A stretch of 32,000 nucleotides of DNA, from the NCBI RefSeq assembly GCF_000017945.1, contig NC_009776.1:150001-182000 (forward strand), in the 5' to 3' direction. The DNA comes from Ignicoccus hospitalis KIN4/I. Lineage in GTDB: Archaea; Thermoproteota; Thermoprotei_A; Sulfolobales; Ignicoccaceae. A program made the position numbers and the translations under genes. Positions 28,673 to 32,000 of this stretch are shown one piece after another. Numbering within the stretch: the first letter of the stretch is position 1; every line of letters begins with the position of its first letter. The notes under the pieces were generated by a model, which saw nothing but the letters and a program-made list of their open reading frames with translations, ran no database searches and had not been told where the DNA came from.

Positions 28673-30036
28673 TGCTCAACCTCGCCTCTTTCCGGGGCGC
28701 GCAGCAGTTGAGTTACCCGTCCGACTTGGCGGCCTCGCTTCTCCAGAAGGGCATAGAAGTAGGGGACGTGATTAAGGTAGTGAGGGATGACGGCTTAGTA
28801 GTCGAAGGCATACTCATGCCCAGGCCGAAGGGCGGAAGGTACATAGTCGTCAAGCTGAAGAACGGTTACAACGTCGGGATAGACGTAAGGAGGATAAAGG
28901 AATTAGAGCTCGTGGCTAAGAGGAAGCCCCAACGGAGGGAGAAGGGCGAGAAGCCCCCTAGGAGGCCGGGCTACCCTTTGGTAAAGGTGTTAGGCACGGG
29001 CGGTACCATAGCTTCTAGGATAGACTACGAAACGGGCGCCGTGAAGCCAGCCATGAGTACGGAAGAGCTCGTAGAGGAGGTACCGGAGTTGCTCGACTAC
29101 GCCGACGTGGAGGCTGAACAGATAATGGACGTCCTCTCGGAGAACATGACTCCGGAGATGTGGAGCCGCGTGGCGGAAGCGGTACACGCGGAGCTGCTGA
29201 GGGAGGAGGTTGCTGGAGTAGTGGTGGCCCACGGGACTGACACGATGGTTTACACCGCCTCCGCGGTAGCGTTCGCAATAAGAGAGATAAACAAACCCGT
29301 CGTGTTCGTGGGGGCGCAGAGGAGCTCCGACAGGCCTTCCAGCGACGCTACGCTGAACCTCATAGGGGCTACTATAGCGGCCGCGAGGTCTGACATAGCG
29401 GAGTCCATAATAGCGATGCACGGGGAAAGCAGCGACACCTTCGTGGTCTTGCACAGAGCCACGAGGACTAAGAAGTTCCACTCGACGCGCAGGGACGCGT
29501 TTCAGAGCATATGTGCCCAGCCCCTAGCTTACGTGTGGCCGTGGACCGGCGACGTCGAACCGAAGTCCCGGCCGCTGCGCACGAGGGGCGACTGGACCCC
29601 GAAGCTGATGAACTCCTTCGAGCCGCGGGTGCTCCAGCTAAGGGCTTACCCCGGGATGCCCCCGGACCTCCTATACTTGGCCAAGGATAAGGGCTTCAAA
29701 GGGGTGATAATAGAGGGCACCGGAATGGGCCACGTCCCGGAGTACTTGGTGGACGCCATAAAGGAGTTGACCGAGTCCGGAATATTCGTCGGCGTGACGA
29801 CCCAGTGCGTCCACGGCACCACAAACTTGAACGTCTACGCGACCGGGAGGAAGATGCTGGAGGCCGGGGCGACCCCCTTAGGGGACATGTTAACTGAAGT
29901 GGCAACGGTCAAGCTTATGTGGGCGTTGGCCAACTATCCCCCGGAGGAGGTACCCAAAGTCATGGTGACCCCTCTAGAGGGCGAGTTGAGGGAGCGCAGG
30001 TTGCTCAGAGATTATCGGCTCTCGTATAGGCGATGA
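28672..30036 (+). CDS. gatD: Glu-tRNA(Gln) amidotransferase subunit D
   Basis: N-terminal GD.I.V....EGILMPR....VVKL.NGYN.GI domain, then the asparaginase-like GTGGTIASRIDYETGAV and HGTDTM motifs. Alternative starts are TTG 28708 (gives the usual ~19 residues before the GD motif) and GTG 28624 (ORF track; Pro/Gly-rich and unlikely). Confidence 0.9.
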   Translation: MLNLASFRGAQQLSYPSDLAASLLQKGIEVGDVIKVVRDDGLVVEGILMPRPKGGRYIVVKLKNGYNVGIDVRRIKELELVAKRKPQRREKGEKPPRRPGYPLVKVLGTGGTIASRIDYETGAVKPAMSTEELVEEVPELLDYADVEAEQIMDVLSENMTPEMWSRVAEAVHAELLREEVAGVVVAHGTDTMVYTASAVAFAIREINKPVVFVGAQRSSDRPSSDATLNLIGATIAAARSDIAESIIAMHGESSDTFVVLHRATRTKKFHSTRRDAFQSICAQPLAYVWPWTGDVEPKSRPLRTRGDWTPKLMNSFEPRVLQLRAYPGMPPDLLYLAKDKGFKGVIIEGTGMGHVPEYLVDAIKELTESGIFVGVTTQCVHGTTNLNVYATGRKMLEAGATPLGDMLTEVATVKLMWALANYPPEEVPKVMVTPLEGELRERRLLRDYRLSYRR

Positions 30037-30733
30037 CCTTCCTTAACGAGGCCACGAAGCTCAAGGGGGCTACGAGGGGGTCGTAGGGCAAGCTCACTAG
30101 GCCGGCCCTCATCCTAACCGCCATCCCCCTCACCCAGTGCTCTTCGGACGACGTCGTCAAGATCACTATTTTCTTGTTGCGGAGCTCCGCGCCGAGCGCC
30201 TCTTGATAATACAAAGCGGGCGCCTTGGTTACGTAGCTTAAAGCTTGGGCGGCCATTTCCATGCTGTTTGTATATATAATCATATCGATATCCAGGTTTA
30301 AGGTGAGAGGGATCTCCAAGTCCTCCAAGTCCTCTTTAATTCTAGCCGCCCTCGGGTTGTCCGAGCCCTCGAGAGCCTCCCTTAGGACCGTCGACCCGAC
30401 CTCCACGAGGGCTTGCAACAAGTCCGGAGGGACCTCGCGGGCCGGGTAGGCGCTCAGCTTGCCCTCGAGCTCGTAGGGGAGCCCCTTCAGAGGGGGCCTG
30501 AAGAGCTCCACTTCGTATCCCGCGACCTTCAAGGCCTCCAAGACCCTCAAGGTGCTCGAGGGGTCCCCGAGGCCGAAGACCGTGGCTCGCCCTCCCCCCT
30601 CCGAAAAGGGCAAGTACCTTTGGGAAACCTCTTCGGGCCTCAACACCGGGGCAAACGTTCCCTTGAGCTCCATCAAGGCGTTTGAGTAAAGCCTCGCCAG
30701 GCCCGAGGCGGGGCCAGTATAGGTCAGTAACAT
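30005..30733 (-). CDS. hypothetical protein (242 aa)
   Basis: ATG 30733 (MLLTYTGPASG...) overlaps the stop of the upstream 90-aa ORF by 1 nt (TGATG). The ORF-track extension to 30832 lies inside that upstream ORF. No motif recognised. It overlaps convergent gatD by 32 nt. Confidence 0.55.
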   Translation of the reverse strand: MLLTYTGPASGLARLYSNALMELKGTFAPVLRPEEVSQRYLPFSEGGGRATVFGLGDPSSTLRVLEALKVAGYEVELFRPPLKGLPYELEGKLSAYPAREVPPDLLQALVEVGSTVLREALEGSDNPRAARIKEDLEDLEIPLTLNLDIDMIIYTNSMEMAAQALSYVTKAPALYYQEALGAELRNKKIVILTTSSEEHWVRGMAVRMRAGLVSLPYDPLVAPLSFVASLRKVIAYTRADNL

Positions 30734-31005
30734 CACTTCTTGACACCCTTCAAGCGGGCGTATATCTCTTCTTTCAAGTTCGCCTTCTCGTCGAGTCCGC
30801 CCACCTCTGGGAACCATATAGGCCTCTTGCACTCTTTCCCTCTGTAAGGACAGAGCAAGCAGAAGTGTGCGCTCACGAAAGCTAAAGGCCTGTCCTCAAC
30901 TCTGCCCAAGGTCGCCTCCTCTATTAAGGGACACCTCTCCCCGATCTGACCTTGGCCGTCGAGGGGCCTCCTCCAATATATAACCAACTCTCGAGTCCCA
31001 CCCAA
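30733..31005 (-). CDS. small Cys-rich protein (90 aa), unknown function
   Basis: Four Cys (ERCPL ... FCLLCPYRGKEC, i.e. C-x23-C-x2-C-x6-C). TTG start. Translationally coupled to the downstream 242-aa ORF. Confidence 0.5.
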   Translation of the reverse strand: MGGTRELVIYWRRPLDGQGQIGERCPLIEEATLGRVEDRPLAFVSAHFCLLCPYRGKECKRPIWFPEVGGLDEKANLKEEIYARLKGVKK

Positions 31006-31025
31006 GACGGCCCTTAGGGGTAAAA

Positions 31026-31334
31026 TTGTTGAGAAGGCTGGAGCTTCTGAAAGAATTGCTGCTCTTAATACCGTTAGGGAAGGTGACCACGTACTCTTCG
31101 TTGGCCTCTTTGTTGGGTACCCACCCCAGGGCGGTGGGCGCGATGCTCGCGCGAAACGAGGACTTGGTGGTTTACCCTTGCCACCGCGTAGTTATGTCAG
31201 ACGGTAGGCTGGGGGGTTACGCCTTGGGTAAGGAGTTCAAGAGGAGGCTGTTAGAGCTCGAAGGGGTGAAGTTCTGCGGTCCCGAGAGGGTGTGTAAGGA
31301 GAGCGTGGTCGACCTCAAAGAGCTGCTCTCTTAG
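31026..31334 (+). CDS. stand-alone MGMT/Ogt C-terminal (DNA-binding, alkyl-acceptor) domain protein
   Basis: IPLGKVTTYSSLA...HPRAVGAML..N....VYPCHRVV.SDG.LGGY matches the O6-alkylguanine-DNA alkyltransferase C-domain, including the PCHR active-site motif. It is only 102 aa, with no N-terminal domain. Confidence 0.8.
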   Translation: MLRRLELLKELLLLIPLGKVTTYSSLASLLGTHPRAVGAMLARNEDLVVYPCHRVVMSDGRLGGYALGKEFKRRLLELEGVKFCGPERVCKESVVDLKELLS

Positions 31335-31731
31335 ATAGCAACCCACGGATCAAGAGCAAAGCGGTGGGCGCGACCCATGGAGGAACGCTTAAACCTCTCG
31401 TACCTTCATTATCTTCCTTCATCAAGGTTATTGGGGTCGAGTTCCAGAAGAACACCTTGTTGTCTAGCAGAGTAAAGTTGTTAGCCAAGAGGGGTACGGT
31501 CAAGCACCCCTCTCCTATAACAACGTACTCTGGGAAACCGTTGAGATAAACGGTAACTGTGTCGTTGCAGACCTTTAAGAAGTCTTGGGCCGAGGTGGTC
31601 GCGTTGGTAACAATTGCTTCGCGCGTCTTTGACAAAACCAAGTAGAAGAGTAAGAGGGTGAAAACTTCCCCTCGCCCAACCAACGGGCCCTCCCCGGTGA
31701 AGGGCAGAGGCCCCTTGCCCTCCCGGCTCAA
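31315..31731 (-). CDS. putative secreted/membrane-anchored glycoprotein, unknown function
   Basis: Hydrophobic N-terminal segment VFTLLLFYLVL after RG. Sequons NAT, NDT, NFT and NST. Hydrophobic C-terminal segment WVAPTALLLIRGLL. Start is TTG 31731 or TTG 31683. Confidence 0.45.
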   Translation of the reverse strand: MSREGKGPLPFTGEGPLVGRGEVFTLLLFYLVLSKTREAIVTNATTSAQDFLKVCNDTVTVYLNGFPEYVVIGEGCLTVPLLANNFTLLDNKVFFWNSTPITLMKEDNEGTRGLSVPPWVAPTALLLIRGLLSKRAAL

Positions 31732-31848
31732 AGTAAATAACGCCGCGAGAGAGCTCCAAAACCGCGCGCCGACCCCCTGGACGGAGGCCGTAAGGCCTCA
31801 GAATGAAAGGGGGGACTGTTAGGCTCCCACACCAGGGGGCACGATCCC

Positions 31849-32000
31849 GTGGAGCCGAAGGAGTTGTACGAAAAGATACTAAACAACGTAACGCAGCATT
31901 TAGCCGGCGTCGAGAGGCCCGTGGAAGTCCTAACGATCTCCTTGCTGTCCCGAGGCCACGCCCTCTTGGAAGGGGTAGTGGGCGTGGCCAAGACTACGCT
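31849..32000 (+). CDS. MoxR-family AAA+ ATPase, 5' partial (runs off window)
   Basis: Hand translation from GTG 31849 gives MEPKELYEKILNNVTQHLAGVERPVEVLTISLLSRGHALLEGVVGVAKTT. This matches the MoxR N-terminus (..G.e..ve.l..alLa.GHvLLEGvPGvaKT), including the Walker A. It is absent from the ORF track because it is truncated by the window end. Confidence 0.7.
   Translation, partial: MEPKELYEKILNNVTQHLAGVERPVEVLTISLLSRGHALLEGVVGVAKTT

Noticed and set aside
31683-31731. RG|EVFTLLLFYLVL in the 138-aa ORF considered as a second class III (pilin-type) signal peptide
   Set aside because: The hydrophobic stretch is only ~12 residues and is followed by charged SKTRE. This fits an ordinary Sec signal or anchor better than a pilin alpha-1 helix.
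31728-31991. 87-aa minus-strand ORF at the window end
   Set aside because: It is antisense to a plus-strand frame that reads as a textbook MoxR ATPase N-terminus, and its own translation has no features.

Overview
Very gene-dense housekeeping segment of an archaeal chromosome. It has many 1-20 nt gene overlaps, frequent GTG/TTG starts, and AT-rich TATA-like boxes about 25-35 nt upstream of starts. It is most consistent with a hyperthermophilic crenarchaeote (Desulfurococcales-like), but species cannot be assigned from sequence alone. The structural RNA genes are visibly far more GC-rich than the surrounding CDSs.

The core is the archaeal 'alpha' ribosomal/RNA-polymerase operon: S13-S4-S11-RpoD-L18e-L13-S9-RpoN-S2. 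Other recognisable genes are glmS, Alba, a HisA-family barrel, Bud32 kinase, a Ham1/ITPase, a Pyrococcus-type ferredoxin, an Lhr-type helicase, TrkH, S25e, a PAC2-family protein, alaS, a radical-SAM enzyme, aspartate kinase, gatD, a stand-alone MGMT domain, and the 5' end of a MoxR ATPase.

RNA genes found by hand:
- tRNA-Ser(GCT)
- tRNA-Asp(GTC)
- tRNA-Tyr(GTA), interrupted by a ~70-nt intron
- a ~357-nt SRP (7S) RNA on the minus strand between alaS and a secreted protein gene; the ORF track shows only spurious ORFs there

No CRISPR array, rRNA, transposase or integrase was seen.

Most interesting items:
- a 53-codon minus-strand ORF below the ORF-track cut-off (28366-28527), with a type IV prepilin-like (class III) signal peptide and its own promoter
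- a pair of degenerate MinD-like/2x[4Fe-4S] proteins near a NifX-like gene
- an orphan 488-aa secreted, sequon-rich protein
- a translationally coupled Cys-rich 90-aa + 242-aa pair of unknown function
- the SRP RNA closing helix, which overlaps the last codons of alaS

All functional calls rest on motif recognition by eye. No database search was run.
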